This document shows positions 1 through 9,577 of a stretch of 24,691 nucleotides of DNA, piece by piece (position 1 is the first letter of the stretch; every line of letters begins with the position of its first letter). A program made the translations under genes and the position numbers. The notes under the pieces were generated by a model. The model made no database searches. It was not told the origin of the DNA and worked only from the letters and a program-made list of their open reading frames with translations. The stretch is from positions 1 through 24,691 of the IMG/VR virus record IMGVR_UViG_3300020413_000079; one strand, given 5' to 3'. The stretch comes from a virus. Taxonomy: Duplodnaviria > Caudoviricetes.

Positions 1-1
1 T

Positions 2-211
2 GAACTATCAAAACAATTTGACACAGAAACTAAAGTCGGATTGCTTGGAGAGTTGACAGAAGAATTTTTATTTCAACTACCACCAGATCAACAAGCAACA
101 ATGAGAGCTTTGAAAGTATCTATTGTTAATGACGTAAGTCAAAACATGGCTTTAGTACCTGGCGGAAGTGATAATACAATCAACTATAAAGAAGAAGTAG
201 TAAACAATTAA
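2..211 (+). CDS. 3' end of an upstream gene (partial, ...ELSKQFDTETK...YKEEVVNN*), probably a virion/internal protein
   Basis: Frame 2 is open from the window start to TAA at 209-211; not in the ORF track. Product inferred only from position before the giant virion gene. Confidence 0.7.
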   Translation, partial: ELSKQFDTETKVGLLGELTEEFLFQLPPDQQATMRALKVSIVNDVSQNMALVPGGSDNTINYKEEVVNN

Positions 212-219
212 TAAACCTA

Positions 220-235
220 AGAGAGTTCGCTCTCT
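220..235 (+). other. Small stem-loop AGAGAG-TTCG-CTCTCT (UUCG tetraloop) in the intergenic spacer
   Basis: Perfect 6-bp stem, UUCG loop, no U-tract after it; lies just upstream of the TAAGGA RBS (248-253) of the giant gene. Confidence 0.6.
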
Positions 236-258
236 GAATACAATACGTAAGGAAACAA

Positions 259-3200
259 ATGGCAGACGACGTACTTCCTATTAGGAAGCCTATAGACATA
301 AGAACATTATTGGGAGCAATGTACAATGCTCCTGCACTTTCCAACTTAGACAACTTCATAGAAAATGTAGCACAGATAGAAAGCTCTGGCGGTAAAGATA
401 CTGTCAGTGATATAAGCTCTGCACGTGGTATATATCAATTCTTAACTAAAGGTGAAGGCAATGCTTTTCAAACAGGATTAAACAGAACTGAAAGAACCTA
501 CAAATTAAAAGGGGATAAAGTTCCCAGTTGGATAAACGAAGCACGTAAACACAACGACCCAAATAAACTAACACCTAAACAACAAGAAGATGTAATGCTT
601 GCTAATTTGTATCAGCAAAAAGGTACAGACGATTACTTTAAAAGAATACTAGCAGGAGATAAATTAGCACAAGCACAGATGTACGGCACTTATCACCATA
701 CTGTACCTGACATTTACAAAGACGATAGAATTTCTGAAATATTTGGAATTGAAAAAAGACAAGAAGGCGGCCCAGTCAATGCTGGTCAACCATATCTTGT
801 TGGCGAAGATGGTCCCGAGATCATAGTACCAGAACAATCTGGAACAGTTATTCCAAACAATCAATTAGCTTCTCCATTTAATTTACAATTTGACGCAACT
901 GCTTTTGCAGATGCTTACGCACAATTATTTCCTACAGAACCTGTAGGCGAACCACTTCCTGAAAAACCTAAGATGAAGTATATAACGTTTGAGGATCCAA
1001 ACGCTCCAAGGTTTGAGGTTCCTGAAAATTTAACTAAAGAGCAATTACAAAGATACATGAAGTCTCCTGAGATTGAACAAGAGATGTATAACAAAGGCTA
1101 CTTGTACAAGTACGGTTTAGACCCAGTAAGATATGATGACCCACAAAATTTAGATGATTGGAATTTTACAGCAGGTGTTAAATCGGGCTATGATAATTTA
1201 AAGTCTATTGGTTCTGGTTTTTTATATACCATGGCTGATCTATTTAACAACGAAGAGTACGAAAATAAATTTGCTGAAATGGTTGGACAATATAATTTAG
1301 ATGCAGGTGTTCACCAATTTAAAGAAGGTGAAGAGGGTAAGCCAGACTTGCGAATTACAACAATTGAAGGTATGTTGCAAGATGAAAACAAACTTGGAGC
1401 ATTCTTAGACTGGGCATCATTTAATATGGGAGTTGGCGTAGCTACTATGGTGCCTTTAATAGGGGCGGCTGTGGTTGGGGGCATTGCTGGTGGAGGAGCT
1501 ACATTACTTACCGTGCCTATAACAGGCGCAAAAATAGGTCTAGGAGGATTGTCTTTCTTATTAGGTTCTTATGGAATGGGTGTGGGTGAAGCTACTAATG
1601 CTCAACTAGAAAGATCAGGAGATTCGAATGCTGCAATATCATTAGCTGCTGGTATTCCATATGCTGCATCTGAAGCGGCGTTTGGTGTATCATCTCAAAT
1701 AATATCTTCTTTTGCCAAACGTGGAGGTTTGTCAGGCACAACAAAAGAGGTACTTGATAATATAATTAAAAGAAAATTTAATAAATCAGTAACAGACCCA
1801 TCTATAATAAAAGAAGTTGCCAAAGGAGTATCAAAAGGTTTTGCAGGAGAAGCAACGGCAGAGGGATTGCAAGAAATTATTACATCATCTGCTGCTGAGA
1901 TAGGGGCAGGCGCAAGTTTAAAAGATTTATATAGCACTCCAGACTTTTGGAAACAAGTAGGAGAAGCTGCAGCAGCTGGTGGTGTTGCAGGTTTTGGTAT
2001 AGGGGCAATACCTGGCGCAATAAACTATACAAAACAAAGCAGATCTAAAGTTGAAGGAGCATTTGGTATAGGGGAAATAGACCCAACTGATAACGAAACA
2101 GTTAAAAAAACTGGAGCAACTGTTGGTGATGTTATTACAATTGAAGGAGCATACCAAGCAGAGAATCCTGAATACGAAACAGAAAATAATCCACCGCAGT
2201 TTACAATATTAGGATCAACAACAAACACAGATGGTACTAAAAATATTGTGTTAAAGAATAACACAACCAATACTATACAATTACTGAATGAGAAAGAAGC
2301 AAGTAAAGTAATTAAATTAGAGCAGAATCAAATAGACAAACAAGAGACAACAGAAAAATTTGAAAAAGAAGAACCAGTACCTAGCGATACTAGAATTAAT
2401 AAAGTTATTGCTGAACTAAAAAGAAGAGGACTTACATCTAAACAAATTATAGATAGCGCTTTAGAAGAAGAAGGAGTTAAAAGTAAAGAAGAATGGAAAA
2501 GAGAAAGATTAGAAGAGGCTGGTGTAGAACTTACTAATTACGATGAGGGTATTGCAGCAGGTGAGACTATGGGTTCTTTGCCTGGTTGGATGAAATCACT
2601 TGATCCAGAGACTAGAGCTGAAGGAGAGTTAGACATACTATTAGAAAGGGAGTGGACTAAGTGGACTAAAAGAACATTAAATAATTCTATAAACAGTGCA
2701 AACATAAATAATATTACAAAACAAGAACAAGAACAATTAGCTAAACTAGGCTATGACAATGGCCCACAAGGGCAGGCACTAATTGAAACACATAGAAGAG
2801 ACTTTACAAGAGTCAAAGACAATTCAAAAACTAACAGGGGTAGACAAAGAATAAAAGAAATTATTGATCAAGGCGTTGCATACGAACCTATGACAGTAAG
2901 CACTAGAACTTTGATAGAAAGCCGTAGGGTGCCCCCTTTACAACAGAGAAGTGAACAAGAGTTTCAGAATCTAACACAACAACAAAAACTAGCAGACTTT
3001 GAGACAGCAAAAGTTGACGAAGAAATACAATCGGCAAGATTACAAAAAAGAAATTTAGATAAGAAAGATCCTACATATAAAGAAAATATTCGTGAGTTAG
3101 ATTTACAGATAGATAATCTAATAACTCAAAAGAATGCAAGAGTATTAGAGTCATCAAGCGCACTAGGTAGAATAGATGCTATAGTAGATATATTAAATAG

Positions 3201-6200
3201 AGCAGATATGCAGGGAATAAAATACAACCCTAAAGGAATGCTTAGAGCAGCTTTAAAGTTAGCTAAGAAAAGTAAAAATCAAATAGAAGTAAACGCATTG
3301 GAAGGGGCATTATCTAGAGCTAAGTCTGAGTACTACCCATTAGTTAGATTTGGAACAGGTACTGTATTTGTTTACTCAGATGTAATGGTAGATACAGCTA
3401 AGAGTGAAATAAAATTTTTAGAAAGTCAAAGAAAGGGAGGAGCAGAAGGCCTTTCAGCGGCAGACTTTGAAGTTCTAACTGATGAAGAAAAACTAACCTA
3501 TCTAGAAATTACTGATAGCATACAAGAGTATCAAGATATAATAGAAGTTTCTTTGGCAAAAAGAAAAGAATTAAATTCCTTATTAGAAAGTTTTGACATA
3601 GAACCTTTATTGAATTTTAAAGATAACAGAGCAAGAGTTCCTGGCGCTCAAACATTAACTAAAGTAAAAACTCAAGTTAAAAAATTAAGAAAAGAACTCT
3701 ATGGGTATGATGAGAATGTATATGAAAAGAATACACAAACTTTTTGGAGTATATCTAATTACCCCAACTCACTAGATCGCCCACAACTTTCTGAAGAAGT
3801 TATAAGATCCATGGCTGTCATTGGTGATCAATTTCAAAAAGAACTTAATCGAATGGGGCTAGATAATCTTAGTGTAAGATTAATAGATTCTATAATGACT
3901 GAGAAAGGGGCACCTTTAAATGGTAGATTCTTTGGTGGTCTAGGTTTGATAGAGGTTGCTATGAATGCAACTACTCCTGTAGATAATATAGCTCTTGCAG
4001 ATTCTCAACGTTACACTATGCATCACGAGTCAATGCACTATATATTTAATAATTTGTTAACACCAAAAGAACAACAAGTATTACGTAACGCTGCTAGAAA
4101 AACTTTAATTGATAGATACAATATTAAAAACAGATACGGCCCATTTGGTTTAGATCAAAGTCAAATGGAAGAAGAAGCGATCTCTGATTACTTTGCAGAG
4201 TATATGGCAACAACTCCTAACGGTGCATTAGATAGTCCAAAAGGAATTATAGGCAGAGTCTTTGAAAGAATACGGTTGTATATTACAACTCTTGCAAATG
4301 TACTTAGAGGCAATGGATTAAATCAAGCTAATCAAGTGTTTAATAAATTAGACTATGCAACAGTAATAGCACGAAGAGCTATTATGTCTAAAGCTGTTAT
4401 GCAAACTACAGAAATAAGTAACATAGCCAAGGCTGCAGGCATATCTATAGATGAAGCTCAAGCATTTGTACAACGAGGACTTATAAAAACTAAAGTATTA
4501 AATTCAGGATATAATACAGGAAGTGTTACAGACAATAAAGGATTGTATGCTTCGTTTGTGTTGTATCAACAACCAAAAACAGGACTAATGATTGATCCAA
4601 GTTTAAGAAAAATAACTACATTAGTTAACGGTTTAATGAAATCTCTCACAACTAAAGAGGGTATACCAAATATAAGTGAAGCTAATTATTATTTAGCAGA
4701 GCTAAAGAAGATAACACCTCAAGAATTAAATGCAGCAATAGCTTCTTTACAACTTTCAGACTCATCTTTTGCAGACAAATTTGAAACGTTTAGTGCTATG
4801 GAATTAGGAACTGCAACTAGGGCACAAAGGCAAGTAATGAACCTTTTATCTTCTTTAAATTCTAGAACTCAAGGCGAAGAAATATTTACTAATCGATTAA
4901 ACAGAATCACACTACCTACTGAATCTGATTTAAGAATAGCAGGTTCTATTAAAAAAACATATCACTTTACCACTGACGGTTCAGCTGTTCCTACACTTGA
5001 TAAGAGTAGAGTTAGTGAACTTGGAATGCATTTTGCAAGCAGTGAGATGCAAGCAAAAGATAGATACAACATGAAGGTAAGACGAGGAGAAACTACACTG
5101 ATGCCAGTCTTAGGAGGAAGAACAAAAACGGGTGGCGTATTATTTCAAGATGGTCGTTTCGATATAGACTCAACGGTTGAAGAAGACTTAGGTAGTATTA
5201 ATACAGCAATCTTATACATAAACAATCCATTAAGAATGCCAGACATGGGCAACTGGGAAACTACAGATGTGTTAGATCAATTAACAGAAACACCTACCAG
5301 TAAAAATTTTAGAGGTTTTAGAACTTTTTATAACACTGTTGATATTTCTCCTGTTCTATTTACAGAAAAAGAAAATGGCGCAATACTTCGTGAGTTAGGA
5401 AAGATTGAAGAAAAGTCTAGGAAGTCTCCAGTTGAAGGGTATGGTAGTTATAGAAGCAAACAATCAAGATACTTAGTAGAAAAAATAAAAGAAAAAGGTT
5501 ACGACGGTATTGTATATGTCAACATGTCTGAAGGTATGCGCGCAGGAGATTTTGGCAGAGGAGTAGAAAAAGGGGCACAGGAATCTTTTATAGTCTTTGA
5601 CGACAATCAAATACAAAGAGTTGAATTTAATAGTAACCCAGATTTTACAGACATAAATTATCAAGCATCAGTACAAATGCAGGAGTCAGTTGCAGATGAT
5701 GAGTTAAGTAAACCTGAAACAATGAATAGACAACAACAAAAAAAAGGTGTTGATGATTTAAAGAAAACAGCAGAAGCCACTGATAAAATATTTGAAGATG
5801 GTAAAGAAGCTAGCTTAAAAGACATAAGTTTCTTTGGTAAGTGGGCAAACCATGCTAGAAACTTTGCTACCAAATATCCTGTAGTAGCAAGACTGTGGGA
5901 TTCCATATCTAAAATGGAACAAAAAGGAAGAGAAATTCAAACGCAATTTGTTATGGATATGCGAAGATACTTTGAAGTAATCAACAATGTAGAAGGGGCT
6001 AAAGAAGCGTTAGCTAAAGCACATATTATATCACAACAAGAAGGCGCGCAAGGTAGATATAGAAGAGATGCCAACGGTCAAATTATATTTGTATCACCAA
6101 TAGACATGACTACTGGTGGAACTGGACAGAATGTTGTAACAATTAACAAGGGTGAAATAATTATATTAGAAGGGGATATTGCTACAGCTTATGAAGAAGC

Positions 6201-8838
6201 TCAGATTGCAATTCAAAAGTTATTAGAAGAAATTAAAAAAGGAATGATAGCATCTAACTACGTAGATGATATTATTAATGCTGCAAAGATGATAAACATT
6301 ATGGATCCTAGATTATTACAACAAGTAGGATTAGATATAGATAGTTTGAATAGAGATAATGTAGAAAATTTAAACTTCCAACAATTAAGTGCTATAGTAG
6401 GCGGACTACAAATGATGGAGCAAAGACAAGTACAATCAAAGCAATTAGAATTATTTGCCCCTATTGAAGAAATACAAAAGTTACTTGGTACAGAGGACTC
6501 AGGGCTAAGCGCTTTACTAAAACAAATAGGCATATACGAGCAATATAAAACATTTGATTATGTACCACTGCAAAGATATGGGGAGTTTTTTATTACTGTT
6601 AAAGATTCTAAAGGTAAAGTAATTCATGCGGAGAGTATAGAAAAACCATACATAGAAGAACGAGCAGCAGGTCAAACTTTTGAAAAAAAGAAAGACGAAG
6701 TGATAAGCAAGTTAGCTGGATTATATCCATCATCAGCGGGGTTTGTAATATCAGATGTAAAAGCAAGTAAAGATACAGAACGTGAAAAAGTTATACAAGA
6801 ATTTTCTGCATTGGATGTACTAGCATCTAAACTGCCAGAACCTAATGCTAAAGCTTACGCTGAAGTCAGAGCGATATTAGATAAACGTATAGAAGGGGGC
6901 ACTTTAGTTGGATTTGATCAATTCCTAAGGGGCAGAAAACAAATTGGTGGTATTCCAGGATTTGATGGAGATATTGTAAGAGGTATATCTTCGTTCGGTA
7001 TGGTAGCTGCAGAGTACGCAGGAAGAAACAGATTCTTAAAAGAAGTAAGAGATCGAACAGCAACTGCTATAAAATACACAGAGCAGCCTGGCAATCAAAG
7101 ACCGAAGTTAAAAGAAGCTATAAAAGGTATTGTTAGCTATGGGGTGGACAATGGGCATCAGCATGAGTTTGCTATGGCTAGACGTATGGGATTCTGGTGG
7201 TTCTTAGGTGGAAACTTATCTTCAGGTATACTACAAATAATGAGTGCAGTACAATTTACTGGGCCTATCCTTGCGCAATTTAGTAATTCAGCAACAGTTG
7301 CTGCTCAAATGACCAGAGCTGTGGCTGACGTTTCCAAGATGATTACATTTACTAATAACGAATTTGCTGATGTTTATCTAGACTTTGATAAAATACCTGC
7401 AGATGTTAGGGAAGTAGTTAAAGAAGATGTAGCTAATGGTATCATTAAACAAGGGCAAGCAATATACGAAGCAGGCATGGCTCCAGGATATGCTATGACT
7501 CCAACTGAAAAAACAAAATTACGATCTAAAGTAAGACAATTTGAACAAAGCGTTATGGGTGGTGTCTTTAATACTTTCGAGACTATATCTCGTTTAACTG
7601 CTTATATAGCAGCATATAGAATAGCAAATAATAATGCAGTTATGGAAAAAGCAAATGACTATTATGGTTCTGCTAATAAATTATGGAATGAGTATAAATC
7701 TAGAAGAGGGGGTGTTGCTACACAACAAGACTTTGCTAGAATATTAGTTGATGATACGTTTGGGGATTACTCTAAAGCTAATAGACCTAAAATAATGAGA
7801 GGACCTGGTTCTGTATTCTTTTTATTCCAAACTTATATCAGTCAAATGTTTTTCTTACTAGGAAGATTATTTACACAAGGAGGTCCAACAGGTAGAAAAA
7901 TGTTTGCAAGAGTTATGCTAATGTTATTTATAACTGGAGGACTTATGGGTATGCCAGGAATGGAAGAGCTTGATCAGATATACAAAATGATACAAAGAAT
8001 GAGAGGTGTTAACGAGGACATGAGAACACAACTAAGGGAAATGTTTACTGAAACTGTAGGTCCTCAAGCTACTGAATATTTAATGCAAGGTGTCATAGAA
8101 GCTGGGACGGGGGCAAGTGTACAACGTAGATTATCTTTAGGTGAAGTACCAGGATCTGCTCAGATAAGATCACTTATGGGCATGCTGGGTTTCCCTACTG
8201 GAGCAAGAGCGGAAGAATTTTTAGGAGCACCTGGTGCGGTGTTTATAGATTCAGCTAGAGAAATGATAGACATATATAGTAAAGAAGGAAACGCAGCATT
8301 TTATAATGATTTAGATTTTTACATGGCAGCTATGCCTACATTTATTAAAAACCTATACAGAGCAACATACAAATATCCAACCGAAGGATATGTAGAAACT
8401 AAATATGGTAATATTGTAACGTCTGATTTAAATGGATTGGATCTTTTAAAACAAGGAATGGGTTTTACTCCTACTAAAATATCTAAAGAAAGAACTGCAC
8501 TGTATTATGATAAAGCCATAGAAGGAAAGTATACTGGCGTTATAAGAAAATTCAACAGTAGAATTAAAAGAGCATACAGAGACATCTACATTGGCATCAA
8601 TGTAAATCCTGACAGTAGCATGGTTAAAGATGCACAGCTAGAAATTAATAAAGTAATGAGAGAGATTATGGCATTCAATAATAAAGTAGGATATGAGTAT
8701 ATGTTCTTCCCACAGTTAAGCCAGTTACAATCTGAGGGTATACAACAAGCTAACACTACATACCGTAATCTTAAAACTGATAAGAAAACTATTAAGATGA
8801 AACAGAAAATGCGTGAGTCTTTAAATATTAAAGATTAA
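259..8838 (+). CDS. Giant (2859 aa) polyvalent internal virion/ejection protein: N-terminal lytic transglycosylase, Gly/Ala-rich hydrophobic segments, HExxH zincin-like peptidase, ART-like domain, PLxRFG motifs, helical C-terminal domain
   Basis: RBS TAAGGA; SLT-type motifs AQIESSGG and ARGIYQF (~367-440); HHESMH (4021-4038) plus EEAISDYF; TYHFT...GMHFAS...GYDGIVY...ESFIVFDDNQI (~4957-5613) as in ART-PolyVal; PLVRFG (3337-3354) and PLQRYG (~6565-6582). Confidence 0.85.
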   Translation: MADDVLPIRKPIDIRTLLGAMYNAPALSNLDNFIENVAQIESSGGKDTVSDISSARGIYQFLTKGEGNAFQTGLNRTERTYKLKGDKVPSWINEARKHNDPNKLTPKQQEDVMLANLYQQKGTDDYFKRILAGDKLAQAQMYGTYHHTVPDIYKDDRISEIFGIEKRQEGGPVNAGQPYLVGEDGPEIIVPEQSGTVIPNNQLASPFNLQFDATAFADAYAQLFPTEPVGEPLPEKPKMKYITFEDPNAPRFEVPENLTKEQLQRYMKSPEIEQEMYNKGYLYKYGLDPVRYDDPQNLDDWNFTAGVKSGYDNLKSIGSGFLYTMADLFNNEEYENKFAEMVGQYNLDAGVHQFKEGEEGKPDLRITTIEGMLQDENKLGAFLDWASFNMGVGVATMVPLIGAAVVGGIAGGGATLLTVPITGAKIGLGGLSFLLGSYGMGVGEATNAQLERSGDSNAAISLAAGIPYAASEAAFGVSSQIISSFAKRGGLSGTTKEVLDNIIKRKFNKSVTDPSIIKEVAKGVSKGFAGEATAEGLQEIITSSAAEIGAGASLKDLYSTPDFWKQVGEAAAAGGVAGFGIGAIPGAINYTKQSRSKVEGAFGIGEIDPTDNETVKKTGATVGDVITIEGAYQAENPEYETENNPPQFTILGSTTNTDGTKNIVLKNNTTNTIQLLNEKEASKVIKLEQNQIDKQETTEKFEKEEPVPSDTRINKVIAELKRRGLTSKQIIDSALEEEGVKSKEEWKRERLEEAGVELTNYDEGIAAGETMGSLPGWMKSLDPETRAEGELDILLEREWTKWTKRTLNNSINSANINNITKQEQEQLAKLGYDNGPQGQALIETHRRDFTRVKDNSKTNRGRQRIKEIIDQGVAYEPMTVSTRTLIESRRVPPLQQRSEQEFQNLTQQQKLADFETAKVDEEIQSARLQKRNLDKKDPTYKENIRELDLQIDNLITQKNARVLESSSALGRIDAIVDILNRADMQGIKYNPKGMLRAALKLAKKSKNQIEVNALEGALSRAKSEYYPLVRFGTGTVFVYSDVMVDTAKSEIKFLESQRKGGAEGLSAADFEVLTDEEKLTYLEITDSIQEYQDIIEVSLAKRKELNSLLESFDIEPLLNFKDNRARVPGAQTLTKVKTQVKKLRKELYGYDENVYEKNTQTFWSISNYPNSLDRPQLSEEVIRSMAVIGDQFQKELNRMGLDNLSVRLIDSIMTEKGAPLNGRFFGGLGLIEVAMNATTPVDNIALADSQRYTMHHESMHYIFNNLLTPKEQQVLRNAARKTLIDRYNIKNRYGPFGLDQSQMEEEAISDYFAEYMATTPNGALDSPKGIIGRVFERIRLYITTLANVLRGNGLNQANQVFNKLDYATVIARRAIMSKAVMQTTEISNIAKAAGISIDEAQAFVQRGLIKTKVLNSGYNTGSVTDNKGLYASFVLYQQPKTGLMIDPSLRKITTLVNGLMKSLTTKEGIPNISEANYYLAELKKITPQELNAAIASLQLSDSSFADKFETFSAMELGTATRAQRQVMNLLSSLNSRTQGEEIFTNRLNRITLPTESDLRIAGSIKKTYHFTTDGSAVPTLDKSRVSELGMHFASSEMQAKDRYNMKVRRGETTLMPVLGGRTKTGGVLFQDGRFDIDSTVEEDLGSINTAILYINNPLRMPDMGNWETTDVLDQLTETPTSKNFRGFRTFYNTVDISPVLFTEKENGAILRELGKIEEKSRKSPVEGYGSYRSKQSRYLVEKIKEKGYDGIVYVNMSEGMRAGDFGRGVEKGAQESFIVFDDNQIQRVEFNSNPDFTDINYQASVQMQESVADDELSKPETMNRQQQKKGVDDLKKTAEATDKIFEDGKEASLKDISFFGKWANHARNFATKYPVVARLWDSISKMEQKGREIQTQFVMDMRRYFEVINNVEGAKEALAKAHIISQQEGAQGRYRRDANGQIIFVSPIDMTTGGTGQNVVTINKGEIIILEGDIATAYEEAQIAIQKLLEEIKKGMIASNYVDDIINAAKMINIMDPRLLQQVGLDIDSLNRDNVENLNFQQLSAIVGGLQMMEQRQVQSKQLELFAPIEEIQKLLGTEDSGLSALLKQIGIYEQYKTFDYVPLQRYGEFFITVKDSKGKVIHAESIEKPYIEERAAGQTFEKKKDEVISKLAGLYPSSAGFVISDVKASKDTEREKVIQEFSALDVLASKLPEPNAKAYAEVRAILDKRIEGGTLVGFDQFLRGRKQIGGIPGFDGDIVRGISSFGMVAAEYAGRNRFLKEVRDRTATAIKYTEQPGNQRPKLKEAIKGIVSYGVDNGHQHEFAMARRMGFWWFLGGNLSSGILQIMSAVQFTGPILAQFSNSATVAAQMTRAVADVSKMITFTNNEFADVYLDFDKIPADVREVVKEDVANGIIKQGQAIYEAGMAPGYAMTPTEKTKLRSKVRQFEQSVMGGVFNTFETISRLTAYIAAYRIANNNAVMEKANDYYGSANKLWNEYKSRRGGVATQQDFARILVDDTFGDYSKANRPKIMRGPGSVFFLFQTYISQMFFLLGRLFTQGGPTGRKMFARVMLMLFITGGLMGMPGMEELDQIYKMIQRMRGVNEDMRTQLREMFTETVGPQATEYLMQGVIEAGTGASVQRRLSLGEVPGSAQIRSLMGMLGFPTGARAEEFLGAPGAVFIDSAREMIDIYSKEGNAAFYNDLDFYMAAMPTFIKNLYRATYKYPTEGYVETKYGNIVTSDLNGLDLLKQGMGFTPTKISKERTALYYDKAIEGKYTGVIRKFNSRIKRAYRDIYIGINVNPDSSMVKDAQLEINKVMREIMAFNNKVGYEYMFFPQLSQLQSEGIQQANTTYRNLKTDKKTIKMKQKMRESLNIKD

Positions 8839-9270
8839 TTATTTCTTAACTAAGCTTCCGCCAAAGTATAAACCAATGATAGCTGCTACTAAATTAGTAT
8901 CTAGTGGAGTTATAATAATTCCTCGTTGAGCCATAGGCACCCATTGCATTACTTCTTTACCTTCAAAGAATAAGAAGCCAGGCTTCCACTCTGTGTATCC
9001 AACTATTACTTGTGCTTGTGGATCTATTAAAGGAAGTATCTTAGGTAAAACAACAATTGCAAAGATAGCAGTCAATGCTATAATTCTTCTTGTCCATTGA
9101 AAGCCTACGTTCTCATACTCTCTTGCTTCTTTAAACGCAGCCGTCTGTGCTTCTGCTCTTTGCAAAAGCATTTTTTGTTCAGCTTGTTTAGCTTTTATAC
9201 TTTGTGACCAGATACTCATGACACCACCAAGAACGGTAGAGCCAAGCATTGTTATCATTTCAAAAGGCAT
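8839..9270 (-). CDS. Holin-like membrane protein (143 aa, 2-3 hydrophobic segments)
   Basis: Hydrophobic N-terminus, WTRRIIALTAIFAIVVLPKIL segment and C-terminal NLVAAIIGLYFGGS, resembling 3TM (GTA-type) holin patterns; start coupled to the upstream micro-ORF by TAATG. Confidence 0.55.
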   Translation of the reverse strand: MPFEMITMLGSTVLGGVMSIWSQSIKAKQAEQKMLLQRAEAQTAAFKEAREYENVGFQWTRRIIALTAIFAIVVLPKILPLIDPQAQVIVGYTEWKPGFLFFEGKEVMQWVPMAQRGIIITPLDTNLVAAIIGLYFGGSLVKK

Positions 9271-9332
9271 TAGAATAAACTTTTAATTTTTTCTATTACG
9301 TCTTTTATTTTTTCTTTTATCTTTTCGATCAT
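9270..9332 (-). CDS. 20-aa amphipathic micro-peptide MIEKIKEKIKDVIEKIKSLF
   Basis: GGAG RBS 6 nt before ATG; stop overlaps the holin-like ATG (TAATG); hydrophobic residues at helical spacing. Below the ORF-track cutoff. Confidence 0.6.
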   Translation of the reverse strand: MIEKIKEKIKDVIEKIKSLF

Positions 9333-9402
9333 TATTTTCTCCAAATGATTTTTTATTTAACAACTCAGCTAAAGATTTAAATGACATATCTTTAATCATC
9401 AT
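9283..9402 (-). CDS. 39-aa small ORF MMIKDMSFKSLAELLNKKSFGENNDRKDKRKNKRRNRKN
   Basis: Bridges the 59-aa ORF and the 20-aa ORF, overlapping both, as other genes in this arm do; no clear RBS, and the basic tail may be a by-product of the overlap. Confidence 0.4.
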   Translation of the reverse strand: MMIKDMSFKSLAELLNKKSFGENNDRKDKRKNKRRNRKN

Positions 9403-9571
9403 TGTATGAACTATCCCAATTCAAAGGATTAGCACTGGTCTGTTTCCACTGCTCATCTATAGGATCTGTTTTCTTTTCAGGCATAGGTTTGGCATCGCCA
9501 CCTATACTTACTGTACCTATACCCATGTCGGGTTTAGGCATATTAAAACCTGTCTTTACATCGTCATTCAT
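9392..9571 (-). CDS. 59-aa hypothetical protein (MNDDVKTGFNMPKPDMGIG...NPLNWDSSYNDD), probably leaderless
   Basis: Open frame from ATG 9571 to TAA 9392; only 6 nt separate a TATAAT box from the ATG; just under the 60-aa track cutoff. Confidence 0.7.
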   Translation of the reverse strand: MNDDVKTGFNMPKPDMGIGTVSIGGDAKPMPEKKTDPIDEQWKQTSANPLNWDSSYNDD

Positions 9572-9577
9572 AACTAT

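Noticed and set aside
10-22. AAAACAATTTGAC near the window start with an inverted copy near 24575-24587
   Set aside because: AT-rich, both copies encode KQFD inside genes, and the window ends are arbitrary; not credible terminal repeats.
664-7063. Eight short minus-strand ORFs inside the giant gene
   Set aside because: Antisense shadows of a long coding frame, with no RBS or recognisable motifs.
259-8838. Giant ORF as an N4-like virion RNA polymerase
   Set aside because: I could not find T7-type or multisubunit (DxDGD) polymerase motifs; the visible motifs fit polyvalent ejection proteins.
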